Counted from the stretch's first letter, positions 1-9,294 are shown. The stretch is 32,000 nucleotides of DNA from Candidatus Hadarchaeota archaeon (GCA_964514965.1 CAZETV010000001.1:360001-392000); one strand, 5' to 3'. Program-made: numbers and translations. The notes: generated by a model from the sequence alone, not told the origin.

Positions 1-1383
1 CCCGGTGTTATAAAAGAGTTTCTCGGGCAGGAGGATAACGCACTCGATCAGGTCATCTTTGAGAACCCCTTCTCTGATGCTCCTCTCCTTCCCCCCCCTG
101 AACAAACAGCCATTGTCTATGACCACCCCAACCCTACCATTCCCTCCATCCGCGGAGCTGAGCATGTGCTGAATCCAAGCCCAATCAGCGGACTGATTTG
201 GAGTAAATCCATAAGCATATCGCTGTTTCCAGAACTCTCCTTTCTTCAATACGTCTTCACCAAAGCCCTTTTGATTCCAAGGAGGATTTGCGATCACCAC
301 ATTGAATTTCTTCAAAAAGTTGCCCTCCCTGAATTTTGGGTACAGTAAAGTATCCCCTAAGGCTAGGTTAACGTCCCTGATACCATGGATGTAAAGGTTC
401 ATCTTACAAAGGCCGTATATTTCACGGTTGGCCTCTTGACCATAGATAAAAAGCTGCTTGGCCTTCTCCTTTCCGTATTTTTCTTTGACGTGGTTGTAAG
501 AGAGTATCAGCATGCCGCCCGAGCCAAAAGCAGGATCGTAAACGGATTCTCTAGGCGTGGGGTCCAAAATCTCGACAAGTAGTTTTATTACCTCTCGGGG
601 AGTGTAGACTTCCCCCTCCTTCGCCTTCTGCGGGGCGAAATATCGGAGAACCCACTCATATGCGTCGCCGAGTATGTCTGGGGAGACTCGGTGTAATTTT
701 CTGGAGCTGAAAAGTTCAACAAGCTGCCTCAATATCTCAAAATTCTCGGTGCTCCTAGTGAACTGGATAAAGTCAGCTCTATCGATAACGTCTCTGAGTT
801 CGGGGTTTCTCTCCGCCAAGACTTTTAAGCACTCCGCAAGCCTCGCGGGAAGCCTGTTGACATCCTTTCGTACGTTATCCCACAGAAATTCACTTGGTAA
901 ATCGAAATCGTGGTAAACGCTACTCTTGGCCTCCTCTCTAGCCTCCTCTTCGCTCAAACCATCCTTGAGGGCTTCTCTATAGGCGATTTCAAATTCGACC
1001 TCCCATTTATCGCTGATCCGTTTCAGAAAAAGGAGGATGAGGATGAACTTGTAGTCTACTCTTGTTCTTATCAGGTCGGCCGCCTTTTTCAATAATCCCT
1101 CAAGGTCCTGCCTGGTTAATGCGCCGGCCCTCGCGATGCCCTCTATCAGAAACTCCTTCATGCTCCTCAGCGTGTAAACACTTTTTCTCGCATCCGAGGG
1201 GTCCGACCGTGCTTTGAGCCTTCCAGCTTTTCTGAGTTCCGAGAGGATTACGTTCACGTTCCTTTCGTTCTCCTTCAGCTTCTGCCTGAGCGCAGCGACG
1301 GCATCAGAGCGTGTAAAGGGTCGGTCTTGAAATACGTTCCATAAACCCAAATATCGCTCCTCAAGCCATTTGCTAAGTGTCAT
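1..1383 (-). CDS. hsdM: Type I restriction-modification system methyltransferase subunit (HsdM), C-terminus truncated by window edge
   Basis: My translation of the minus strand from ATG at 1383..1381 is open to base 1 (461 codons). It starts MTLSKWLEERYLGLWNVFQDRPFTRSDAVAALRQKLKENERN and contains the SAM-binding motif DPAFGSGGML and the N6-adenine MTase catalytic motif NPPW (VVIANPPWNQKGFGED). It is absent from the ORF track because it has no stop inside the window. Confidence 0.92.
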   Translation of the reverse strand, partial: MTLSKWLEERYLGLWNVFQDRPFTRSDAVAALRQKLKENERNVNVILSELRKAGRLKARSDPSDARKSVYTLRSMKEFLIEGIARAGALTRQDLEGLLKKAADLIRTRVDYKFILILLFLKRISDKWEVEFEIAYREALKDGLSEEEAREEAKSSVYHDFDLPSEFLWDNVRKDVNRLPARLAECLKVLAERNPELRDVIDRADFIQFTRSTENFEILRQLVELFSSRKLHRVSPDILGDAYEWVLRYFAPQKAKEGEVYTPREVIKLLVEILDPTPRESVYDPAFGSGGMLILSYNHVKEKYGKEKAKQLFIYGQEANREIYGLCKMNLYIHGIRDVNLALGDTLLYPKFREGNFLKKFNVVIANPPWNQKGFGEDVLKKGEFWKQRYAYGFTPNQSADWAWIQHMLSSADGGNGRVGVVIDNGCLFRGGKERSIREGVLKDDLIECVILLPEKLFYNTG

Positions 1384-1459
1384 ACATCTCCAATTTTCCG
1401 GAAACTTTAAATTATATACGCTTTTTTGTTTTAGCTTACTAAATAAGCTTTATGATAAC

Positions 1460-1861
1460 CTAATGGATAATCCCGCGAGCCCTCAAGCTTGTGTAACCCT
1501 CGCCCCCAATTATCACATGATCCTGAATCCAAACACCTATCGTCTTGCCGATCCTGACTAGCTTTTTGGTGACTTCGATATCCGACTCGCTGGGCTCTGG
1601 ACTCCTACTTGGATGATTGTGGACGAGAATTATGGAAGCAGCAGAATTTTTGAGCGCACTCTCGAACACCTCCCGAGGGCGGAGCAGGGTTATGTCGGCG
1701 GCTCCACCTGATATTGTCTCACAATTTATCAGCCTGTTTTGGAGATCGAGGGAAATAAGCTTGATCACCTCGTGCTTGAGGACCCGGATCTCCTCTCTGA
1801 CCAACTCGAAGACATCTTCCGGCCTTGCAACATGAACCCGCTCGTTTTCAGCAGGCCTCAT
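1460..1861 (-). CDS. RadC-like JAB/JAMM domain protein (short, lacks the N-terminal HhH region)
   Basis: 133 aa with the JAMM signature IILVHNHPSRSPEPSESDIEVTKKL and a RadC-like flank (RPREVFESALKNSAASIILVHNHPS, DHVIIGGEGYTSLRARG). Confidence 0.88.
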   Translation of the reverse strand: MRPAENERVHVARPEDVFELVREEIRVLKHEVIKLISLDLQNRLINCETISGGAADITLLRPREVFESALKNSAASIILVHNHPSRSPEPSESDIEVTKKLVRIGKTIGVWIQDHVIIGGEGYTSLRARGIIH

Positions 1862-2174
1862 TATTCCCGCCGTGGCTTTGAGTGAAGGTTGTTTATATGG
1901 GGAAAATGTGGGGAGCCGATTTAACCAACATTATCTCAAAAATGATAACTTGGGTTAATCGAGTCAACTACCCCCATGAATGCTATTAGATTTCTTACCC
2001 TCCGTGACGCTCCAAAGGAATGCGCGATGAATCAGTCAACCCCTCAGCACCCGCCATGTCCTCACCGCTTCAGCGAGTGCCGGCCGCCCCTCAACAATTC
2101 TCCAGAATTTATGCGCAAGTCCCCTAGAGCGGAAAAGTTAAAACCATGTTTAGGACGAAGCTATAGGTTTAAAA

Positions 2175-3134
2175 ATGACCTGGAAGCACGCGATGATTCC
2201 GGTTGCAGCGTTGATCTTGGTTGTTTTGGCGATTTCCGTGATTTTTCAGGCAAATATGAAAGTTCCACATGAGGGAAGATGGGGCATCTATAGACTCAGC
2301 TTGGCTAACGAGAAAACCGAATTGATCTACAGCACCTCGAACAAGATCACTGGATTGGGACTGAGCGTTCATGGGGATATATTCACGTTTTCCGAACAGA
2401 TGGATGGGAGCGGGAATAATTACGAAGAGATAGTGACGCTGAATGTAGACGGGACGGGTTTGGCGAGACTCACAAACAACATATATTGGGACGTGTACCC
2501 AGTCTGGTCTCCCGATGGCACGGAGATAGCCTTCCTCAGCTTTCGCGAAAACAATATGGACATTTACGTGATGGACAACGATGGAACCGATGCCAGACTG
2601 TTGTTCGACTCCGGCTCCCATGACTCGGACATCAACTGGGTGGGGGACAGGATCGTTTTCACGTCGAATAGTGCCATATGGATAATGAACGACAACGGGA
2701 CTGGTCAGACTCAGGTAACCTTTCCGCCCCGCGCAGGGGAGTGGGGAAACTCAAACCTGCCGTTCGGCGATTACGACCCCAGGTTGAGCCCGAGCGGGAC
2801 AAAGATTGTTTTTGAGAGGCTGGAAAACGATGCCAGCCAGCACGGCAACTACAATATATATTCAGTCAATCCCGATGGGTCAGGGGAAACTCGGCTCACG
2901 AATACCGGGTACAGCCAGGGGCTCGCGTGGTGGTCCAACTCGGGAGACAAGCTGATATATATTGTTTCGGCGATCGATGGCGAGGGAAAGTACGACATTT
3001 ACATGATGGATTCGGACGGAACAAACAACCGGAACATCACGCCAGGTTATTTCCCGGCGGATTTCCTGATACATTCGGCGGTGTTCTCACCAGACGATTC
3101 GGAGATTTATTTCGTGGGCGAGTGGTGGGAATAA
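2175..3134 (+). CDS. TolB-like / WD40-like (PD40) beta-propeller protein with an N-terminal signal or membrane anchor
   Basis: 319 aa with N-terminal hydrophobic segment AALILVVLAISVIF and repeated PD40 blades (YPVWSPDGTEIAFLSFRENNMDIYVMDNDGTDARLL; DPRLSPSGTKIVFERL; NYNIYSVNPDGSGETRLTN; YDIYMMDSDGTNNRNIT). Confidence 0.85.
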   Translation: MTWKHAMIPVAALILVVLAISVIFQANMKVPHEGRWGIYRLSLANEKTELIYSTSNKITGLGLSVHGDIFTFSEQMDGSGNNYEEIVTLNVDGTGLARLTNNIYWDVYPVWSPDGTEIAFLSFRENNMDIYVMDNDGTDARLLFDSGSHDSDINWVGDRIVFTSNSAIWIMNDNGTGQTQVTFPPRAGEWGNSNLPFGDYDPRLSPSGTKIVFERLENDASQHGNYNIYSVNPDGSGETRLTNTGYSQGLAWWSNSGDKLIYIVSAIDGEGKYDIYMMDSDGTNNRNITPGYFPADFLIHSAVFSPDDSEIYFVGEWWE

Positions 3135-3161
3135 AAAAAGGTTTCATGTTCTGTTCACGGC

Positions 3162-4538
3162 ATGACCGAACCACATTTACGGGTAAAAACGAGGGTACGA
3201 CATCACACGGAAACTGGTAGCGGTTTTTTATTCACCAACGCACACCCAAACTTGGTTGAGAGCGTGACACTCGAGGAGAAGACCATCCACGACCCAGTGC
3301 ACGGGAGCATGCGCCTCAGCGGCCTTGTGCTCGATCTCGTAGACACTCCCGAAGTCCAGCGCCTCCGGGGCATACTGCAGCTCGGCCTGGCAAACCTCGC
3401 ATTTCCCGGAGCCAACCACTCGCGCTTCGAGCATGTCCTCGGCGTGGCGTACCTCGCAAAACGCATAGGCGATGAGCTAAGGCTGTCCAAGAATGAGCTC
3501 AACCTCCTGCTCGCCGCGGCGATGCTTCACGATATCGGCCACGCGCCCTACTCCCACACGCTCGAGTACCTGATGACCGAATACGCCGGCAAGAATCACA
3601 TGGAGATCACCGGCGACATCGTCAGGGGCAATTTGGGAGTCTGCTCGGGGGAAGAACTCGAAATGCTTCGGAAGCTGAAGGTGCCGAGCGTCCCGAAGGT
3701 CCTTGAGCGCCATGGGGTCGATTCCAAGGAGGTCGCCCTTCTACTGCTCGGGAGAAATCGAAAGCCTTACCTCGGGCAACTGATCCACGGCGACATCGAT
3801 GTCGACCAGATGGATTACCTGCTGCGCGACGCACACTTCACCGGTGTCGCCCTGGGGATGATAGACGCCGACCGCCTGATACGTACGCTCGTCGTCAACC
3901 GCAATCGCCTGGCAATCCTCAGCAAGGGAATCGAGGCCGTGGAGGGGCTACTCACCGCCCGCGCGCTGATGTACAGCTCGGTCTACTTCCATCACACGGT
4001 GCGGGTGGCCGAACTGATGCTCGCAAACGCCGTTGAGTTCGCGATTTTGCAAGATGGGCCGATCACCCGAGACAACTTTTACCTGATGACGGACGCCGAG
4101 CTGATGGAGCATCTTCACTCGATGGACGGATATCCGAGAGATATCGTCATGCGCCTCCGGTACCGGCAGCTTTTCAAGAGCGCCTACGTCGAACAGCGGA
4201 GGGAACTATCGAGGACGGGGAAGAGACAAATTTTAAAGAGGTACGGCGGATGGGGTCGTGTCCGAGAGATTCAAAACCAGATCGCTGACAAAGCCGGGGT
4301 CCCACGCGGTCATGTTATTTTGGATGTGCCTTTCGCCGATATCCTGATCTTCGAGCCCCGCTTGGAGAAGGTCGAGGTGCCGGTGCTCGCGGAGGGGAAG
4401 CTGGAAAAGTTATCCAATCTCTCGCCGATAGCATCTGCAATCAAGAAGCGGCAGGCCCCCCGCTACCTGCTACAGGTCGCCACCAAACCAGAATACGTGA
4501 GCCGAGTGAGGCGGGCGGCAAAAAAAATTCTAGGCTAG
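3162..4538 (+). CDS. HD-domain phosphohydrolase (SAMHD1/YdhJ-like)
   Basis: 458 aa ORF; the true start is probably downstream, around residue 35 (VTLEEKTIHDPVHG). Motifs HDPVHGSMRLSGLVLDLVDTPEVQRLRGILQLG, HSRFEHVLGVAYLA, LHDIGHAPYSHTLE and DVDQMDYLLRDAHFTG are diagnostic of this family. Confidence 0.9.
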   Translation: MTEPHLRVKTRVRHHTETGSGFLFTNAHPNLVESVTLEEKTIHDPVHGSMRLSGLVLDLVDTPEVQRLRGILQLGLANLAFPGANHSRFEHVLGVAYLAKRIGDELRLSKNELNLLLAAAMLHDIGHAPYSHTLEYLMTEYAGKNHMEITGDIVRGNLGVCSGEELEMLRKLKVPSVPKVLERHGVDSKEVALLLLGRNRKPYLGQLIHGDIDVDQMDYLLRDAHFTGVALGMIDADRLIRTLVVNRNRLAILSKGIEAVEGLLTARALMYSSVYFHHTVRVAELMLANAVEFAILQDGPITRDNFYLMTDAELMEHLHSMDGYPRDIVMRLRYRQLFKSAYVEQRRELSRTGKRQILKRYGGWGRVREIQNQIADKAGVPRGHVILDVPFADILIFEPRLEKVEVPVLAEGKLEKLSNLSPIASAIKKRQAPRYLLQVATKPEYVSRVRRAAKKILG

Positions 4539-5120
4539 GGCTTTCCGCCCTTGGTCGGTCAGCTTCAGGTGCGCGTCCAGATAACCGAGGGTTTGCAGTA
4601 TGGTGACATGCACCCTCGAAACCGACACGGGCACCCCCGCATCGCTGGCTGCCTTCTCCAAACGCACACCGCTTTCAAGACTTTGCAGGATACTCCTACC
4701 AATTTCACCCACGAGCAACTCGTCGGCGAACCTCCGTTTGGCTATGGGGTCCATCCCCGGCTGCGCGGCGAGAATGCGCTTGAGGAGTTCCGATCCTGGC
4801 TTAAGGCCATATTTATTGATGAGCACTCGCTGACAGGCGCTTGACCCCCCTATCGCACACCTGAGGCCCTCGAGGTCCTTAACCATTTCAAACAGATCCC
4901 CAAAACTTTCCGTCCTTTCCTTGGTTCCAACGCCTACGTTTCCGCGGAGCGCCTCGTTAGCATCCTGCAATCTTTGCATTTCCCTGCGCAGAGAATTGAT
5001 TTCCCCCAAAAGTCTGCGCCTTCGGATAATGCCGCCGCCGGAAAAGAGGATTATTCCCAAGAGCAGTAGGATGATGACTACTAACAAAGCGTCTACCCAC
5101 ATCCCGACCACTGCCACCAT
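4530..5120 (-). CDS. Membrane-anchored hypothetical protein with coiled-coil and C-terminal winged-helix-like region
   Basis: 196 aa: N-terminal TM (ALLVVIILLLLGIILFSGG), charged heptad-like region (LLGEINSLRREMQRLQDANEALRGN), C-terminal helix-turn-helix-like region (GVPVSVSRVHVTILQTLGYLDAHLKLTDQGRKAL). Converges with the HD gene, overlapping by 9 nt. Confidence 0.65.
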   Translation of the reverse strand: MVAVVGMWVDALLVVIILLLLGIILFSGGGIIRRRRLLGEINSLRREMQRLQDANEALRGNVGVGTKERTESFGDLFEMVKDLEGLRCAIGGSSACQRVLINKYGLKPGSELLKRILAAQPGMDPIAKRRFADELLVGEIGRSILQSLESGVRLEKAASDAGVPVSVSRVHVTILQTLGYLDAHLKLTDQGRKALA

Positions 5121-5202
5121 TTAAGCACTCCTAGACTTAAAAACAGGTGGTTGGGGTCTTGAAAGAGAGAAATGGCCTGAATAAGACGATTTCCGCGAAG
5201 TT

Positions 5203-5856
5203 TCACTTTACGAGCTTATCGACTTCCTCTTCGGAGAGCTCTTGGTAACCCTTTTCATCGATTTTGGCGACGACTATCTTTTCACCCGTCGCCACATCCC
5301 GCTCGATGGCTATTTTAATCGACTGCGCCACCAGCTTCACCCCGTCGTCGAGCGTCATCTCATCGCGATAGTTCTGCTCAAGCACGCCGTATGCTACCGT
5401 CGACCCCGTGCCCGCGCTCGCGAACTTCTCCTCCTCGAGTTTTCCCCCGACTGGGTCTAGGAAGTAAAGGCGCGACCCGTCAGCGTCGACGCCAGAAATC
5501 ACGCCGGCAACAATGTATGGAAACCCTCGCCGCCCATGAAGCACATTTGACGCCACTTGAGCTAGACTCTTCGTCGAGATCGGGCGCTCGTGATTCAAGC
5601 GGTAGAGGTTGGCCTCAGCTCGGAGCATGTTGACCAAGCTCTGAACATCGCCCGAGCTGCCCGAGACGGCTGCCCCGATGCGCTCCTCAAGCTTAAACAC
5701 TTTCCTGACGCGCTTGCTGAGCACAAGATAGTAGGCTGCGCCCCGAGTATCTGAAGCCAAGGCGACTCCATCCTTGCATCGCACTCCCACAATTGTACCG
5801 GTAAATCCGTACATCGTTATCAAATCTAATTTAAAGCACCGACTATAAAACTTCAT
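5203..5856 (-). CDS. psmB: 20S proteasome beta-type subunit (noncanonical N-terminus)
   Basis: IVGVRCKDGVALASDTRG, KVFKL, AAVSGSSGDVQSLVNMLRAEANLYRL, FASAGTGSTVAYGVLEQNYRDEMTLDDGVKLV and AIERDVATG all align with archaeal beta subunits. Likely start is the ATG of MYGFTGTIVGV (about 5814) rather than 5856. Confidence 0.9.
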   Translation of the reverse strand: MKFYSRCFKLDLITMYGFTGTIVGVRCKDGVALASDTRGAAYYLVLSKRVRKVFKLEERIGAAVSGSSGDVQSLVNMLRAEANLYRLNHERPISTKSLAQVASNVLHGRRGFPYIVAGVISGVDADGSRLYFLDPVGGKLEEEKFASAGTGSTVAYGVLEQNYRDEMTLDDGVKLVAQSIKIAIERDVATGEKIVVAKIDEKGYQELSEEEVDKLVK

Positions 5857-7356
5857 CGTCTAAGTATTGCAACAGATATCACTATTGCTGAAATAGCGAT
5901 TACCACAATCAAGATAATCAACGTGTAGTCAAAAGTCATCGGTGGAATCTCCTGAGGAGTTATGCTAGCCAAACGTGTTCCTTCCGTCATGAAGCTGCCG
6001 TAGGGGGTGTCATAAGTTACGAGCGCGGTTATGGTACTGTTTTCAACTCCCTGCCCGAGCCCGATGTCCTTAACGCTGATATCAAAGTCTACCATTTGAT
6101 TGTGATTGTATAACAGGTTATCAATAGTCTGCACGGCTGGCACCTCGAAGTAAGTTTGGTCTGCCTGTAGTTGCACTTGTATGTTCTCAATTGTTTGAGT
6201 ACCCCCTATTCTGAACTGCAGCGCGCCAGCTCCAGACTCCGTTTTGGATTTGTGATGTGACATCTAGGGTTACCTCCACCGCTACCTCGCGCACTATTGT
6301 TGACACGGTTCTGTCCACAGTTAAGTTGGGATCGGTAGACCCGGAGTATTGGTAGGATGGTCTACTACAGTCACCCGGTATCATTATTTGGCCATCTTTG
6401 ACGAGATTCGTGCCGTCGCTGGTCGTCAGCACTAGGTGGTCGGGGCTTAGTTTACAAAAATCCCATTCTTGACCGCCCCACAGCGTGTCGATCGGAACCC
6501 ATTCAACACCCGGCAGATACACGAACGCCCATGCGTGCCCCATCCGTGTAATATCAGTACCGTATTGAGGTTGATACGCGTAACCAGCCACATGTTTCGC
6601 TGGTATGCCAGCTGCGCGAGCGAGAGCGATAAACAAATTGGTGTACCCACTACAGTCCCCCATGCGATTTGTATACGCCCAGAGGGCGCTGTGCTCTTCG
6701 TTGTACACCACGTAAGTTAGATAATCTTGAACAAAATCGAATATCTGTTTTGCCTTGTAGTAGTAGTTAGAATAATTATCGGTCAGTTCTTGCGCTTTAC
6801 TGTAAATCTCCGAATCGTCACTTTCCCACAGGTGGGCAACAGGCTGTGTGTATTGGAGCTTCTCTGCTGGGATGTTGCCATACACCATGTCAGGAGTAAT
6901 CCCCGGGGCGACGTAATCAACTTTCAAAACTTGCGTTATGACAATCGTTTTTGATGCTCCAGCGGTAATTGTGCCCAACGACGCTTTCACGATGCGATTG
7001 TCATCTGTGCGGATGATTTCATAGCTATCAAGCGAGTCGCTCAACTGGATGTTCTCGCTCAACACTTGCTGGCTTGCCCAACCCGATTTATTATCGAAAA
7101 TGAAAAGGGGCTCAACAACCACGTTAGTCGCTGCGACAGACCCGTTGTTGGAAACCAGATATGTTTTCTGAATGCGATAAACCACAGAATTCGTTGACTC
7201 ATCTGCGCTCGCTAGGGGCTGGATAAGCAACACGAACAAGACCACTCCCAGCAGCAAGAACCTTCGTACGTAAATCCCCAACTCAACTGATCGGGCCACA
7301 TATAAAAAGTGTTCAAAAATTGATGCTTGATTTTCCCCTTTATAAGGAACTTTCAT
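5853..7356 (-). pseudogene. Transglutaminase-like exported protein with C-terminal membrane anchor, interrupted by a 1-nt frameshift (ORFs 6187..7356 and 5853..6263)
   Basis: Upstream ORF: signal-like segment LLLGVVLFVLLIQPLASA and transglutaminase core (NRMGDCSGYTNLFIALARAAGIPAKHVAGYAY; MGHAWAFVYLPGVEWVPIDTLWGG). Downstream ORF: beta-sandwich-like region and C-terminal TM YTLIILIVVIAISAIVISVAILRR. Removing one G from the G5 run (plus-strand C5, 6202..6206) joins them as VWSWRAAVQNRGTQTIENIQVQLQADQTYFEV. Real start is probably internal, near VELGIYVRRF. Confidence 0.75.
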
Positions 7357-7377
7357 CCAAAACCTCGGCGGGATGCA

Positions 7378-8046
7378 ATGGATGAGAAATCTATGACGAA
7401 ACTGAGCCTGCTCTGCTCGCTGACGGGATTGACGGCGATTTACGCCGCGGCGATTCAGGCCAGCCCAACGATGACCCCCATCGCGAGCCTGAACGATGAA
7501 TTCGTCGGCCTACAGGTGGCGATTTCGGGGCAGGTTGTAGACCTCTATGAACATCCAGACGGGCACCTCTTCCTGAAGCTCAAGGACGGCTCAGGAGGCG
7601 TAGTGAGCGTCCCGGTGTTCGCTCGGGTGCGGAGTGAGCTGAGCGAGCCTATAGAGTTCCTAGATGTAGTTCAGGTGACAGGTGAGGTGAAGCTCTACGG
7701 AGGCCAGCGCGAAGTAATACCCGGGCGAGCGGGTGACTTGCGGGTGGTGCACACCGCGCCGGTCAAACTTTCGAGCCTGGGCCAGGAGAACGCGGACGTA
7801 CCGGTGAAGGTCCAGGGCACCATCGTAGAGCGCGAGATAGTGGGGGGCGGGAATCTACTCCTGACGCTGCGCGAGGACTGTGGCCAGCTGCTGGTATTCG
7901 TCCCTGCGTGGGTTGTCGAGGATGGCCTGCCCGAGCTCCATGTCGGCAACGTGGTGCGCGTCAACGGATGGCTTCAACTCTACAACGGCGAGCTCGAGCT
8001 GAAGCTCAAGAGTGCATCGCACTTGCAGGTCATCGAGGCGGCCTAG
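7378..8046 (+). CDS. Exported or anchored OB-fold nucleic-acid-binding-like protein
   Basis: Within ORF 7327..8046; likely start at ATG 7378 (MDEKSMTKLSLLCSLTGLTAIYAAAIQA) after the TATA-like TTTATAAGG. Contains two OB-fold-like repeats (VGLQVAISGQVVDLYEHPDGHLFLKLKDGSGGVVSVPVF; VPVKVQGTIVEREIVGGGNLLLTLREDCGQLLVFVPAWV). Confidence 0.75.
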   Translation: MDEKSMTKLSLLCSLTGLTAIYAAAIQASPTMTPIASLNDEFVGLQVAISGQVVDLYEHPDGHLFLKLKDGSGGVVSVPVFARVRSELSEPIEFLDVVQVTGEVKLYGGQREVIPGRAGDLRVVHTAPVKLSSLGQENADVPVKVQGTIVEREIVGGGNLLLTLREDCGQLLVFVPAWVVEDGLPELHVGNVVRVNGWLQLYNGELELKLKSASHLQVIEAA

Positions 8047-9288
8047 ATGTTAGAAGTGCTCGCCTGCACGCTGCTGGGCGTGGGGCTGGGCACATTCACG
8101 GGCTTGATCCCGGGAGTGCACGTGAACAATCTCTGCCCGTTGTTAGTCGGTTTAGTCGCAGTTTCAGACCTACCGCCGATGAACCTAGTAGCAGTGATCG
8201 TGGCGATGACGACGACCCACACGTTCATCAGCTATATCCCGGCGACTTTTCTGGGGGCGCCCGAGGCCGGGACCGAGCTCTCGGTGCTACCTGCCCATCG
8301 CATGCTACTTGAAGGACGGGGCTACGAAGTCGTCCGCCTGACCGCCTTCGGCTGCTTGGGTGCACTAGTGCTGAGCGCCGCGCTCGCCCTACCCCTCTCG
8401 CTTGTGTTCGCCCCCGCCTACGAGTTCATCCAGCCCCAGATGCACTGGCTGCTGCTCGCGGTGATTGTGGTAATGATTGCGCTCGAGCGCTCACGTTCGG
8501 GTATCCTGTGGGCGACGACAATTTTCTTAATCTCGGGTTTACTGGGTCTGTTCACGTTGGACACAAACTTGGTGGAGGGTGATGTGGCTCTCATGCCATT
8601 GCTCAGCGGGCTCTTTGGAGTGAGCGTGCTTCTCCTTAGCGCAACCCACAAGAGCAGCCTTCCAAAACAGAACGTTGATAACCCAGAGCCGCTCGAACTT
8701 CGCGCAAATGTGAAAGCTCTGTGCGCGGGAACGGGAGCTGGTATCCTGACGGGCATCATCCCGGGCATAGGGCCTTCCCAGGGAACAGTGCTCGCCCAGC
8801 TAGCGACTCGTTCGAGCGGCACGCGTGACTTCATCGTTGGTGTGAGCGGGGTGAACACGGCGAAGGCACTCTTCTCATTCGTGGCGCTTTACGCGATTGC
8901 CCGCCCTCGGAGCGGAGCGGCGGTAGCGGTCGACCAGCTTGTAGATAAGGTCGGGTTCAACGAGTTGCTGTTCCTGATCGTGGTGGCGCTCGTCGCAGGC
9001 GGAATCGCAGCGGTGCTCCATCTGAGACTCGGCAAGCTCGCGGCTCGCCATATCAGGGGGCTGCCCTATCGGGAGATGTGCTTGGTGGTGATTGGGGGTA
9101 TGGTCGCGATGACACTCTGGTACGCGGGCATGATGGGTCTGCTCATTTTAGCAACAGCAACCGCAGTCGGGGTGCTTCCGGCTGTGACCAAGGTTAAACG
9201 AACCCACTGCATGGGTGTCATCATGATCCCTTGTATTCTCTATTTCGCTGGAGCAAAAGATGGCGTGCTGGCGGCGCTCGGACTATAG
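8047..9288 (+). CDS. DUF112 / TctA-like multi-pass membrane permease
   Basis: 413 aa, many TM segments, duplicated TctA-type motif (GTFTGLIPGVHVNNLCPLL and GILTGIIPGIGPSQGTVLAQL). Start overlaps or abuts the OB-fold gene stop (tagatg). Confidence 0.88.
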   Translation: MLEVLACTLLGVGLGTFTGLIPGVHVNNLCPLLVGLVAVSDLPPMNLVAVIVAMTTTHTFISYIPATFLGAPEAGTELSVLPAHRMLLEGRGYEVVRLTAFGCLGALVLSAALALPLSLVFAPAYEFIQPQMHWLLLAVIVVMIALERSRSGILWATTIFLISGLLGLFTLDTNLVEGDVALMPLLSGLFGVSVLLLSATHKSSLPKQNVDNPEPLELRANVKALCAGTGAGILTGIIPGIGPSQGTVLAQLATRSSGTRDFIVGVSGVNTAKALFSFVALYAIARPRSGAAVAVDQLVDKVGFNELLFLIVVALVAGGIAAVLHLRLGKLAARHIRGLPYREMCLVVIGGMVAMTLWYAGMMGLLILATATAVGVLPAVTKVKRTHCMGVIMIPCILYFAGAKDGVLAALGL

Positions 9289-9294
9289 GCCGCC

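Noticed and set aside
2169-2621. Minus-strand 150-aa ORF antisense to the beta-propeller gene
   Set aside because: Fully antisense to clear PD40 repeats and without recognisable motifs.
8418-8858. Minus-strand 146-aa ORF antisense to the DUF112 permease
   Set aside because: Lies wholly inside a well-supported membrane protein gene; Ser/Pro-rich shadow translation with no motifs.
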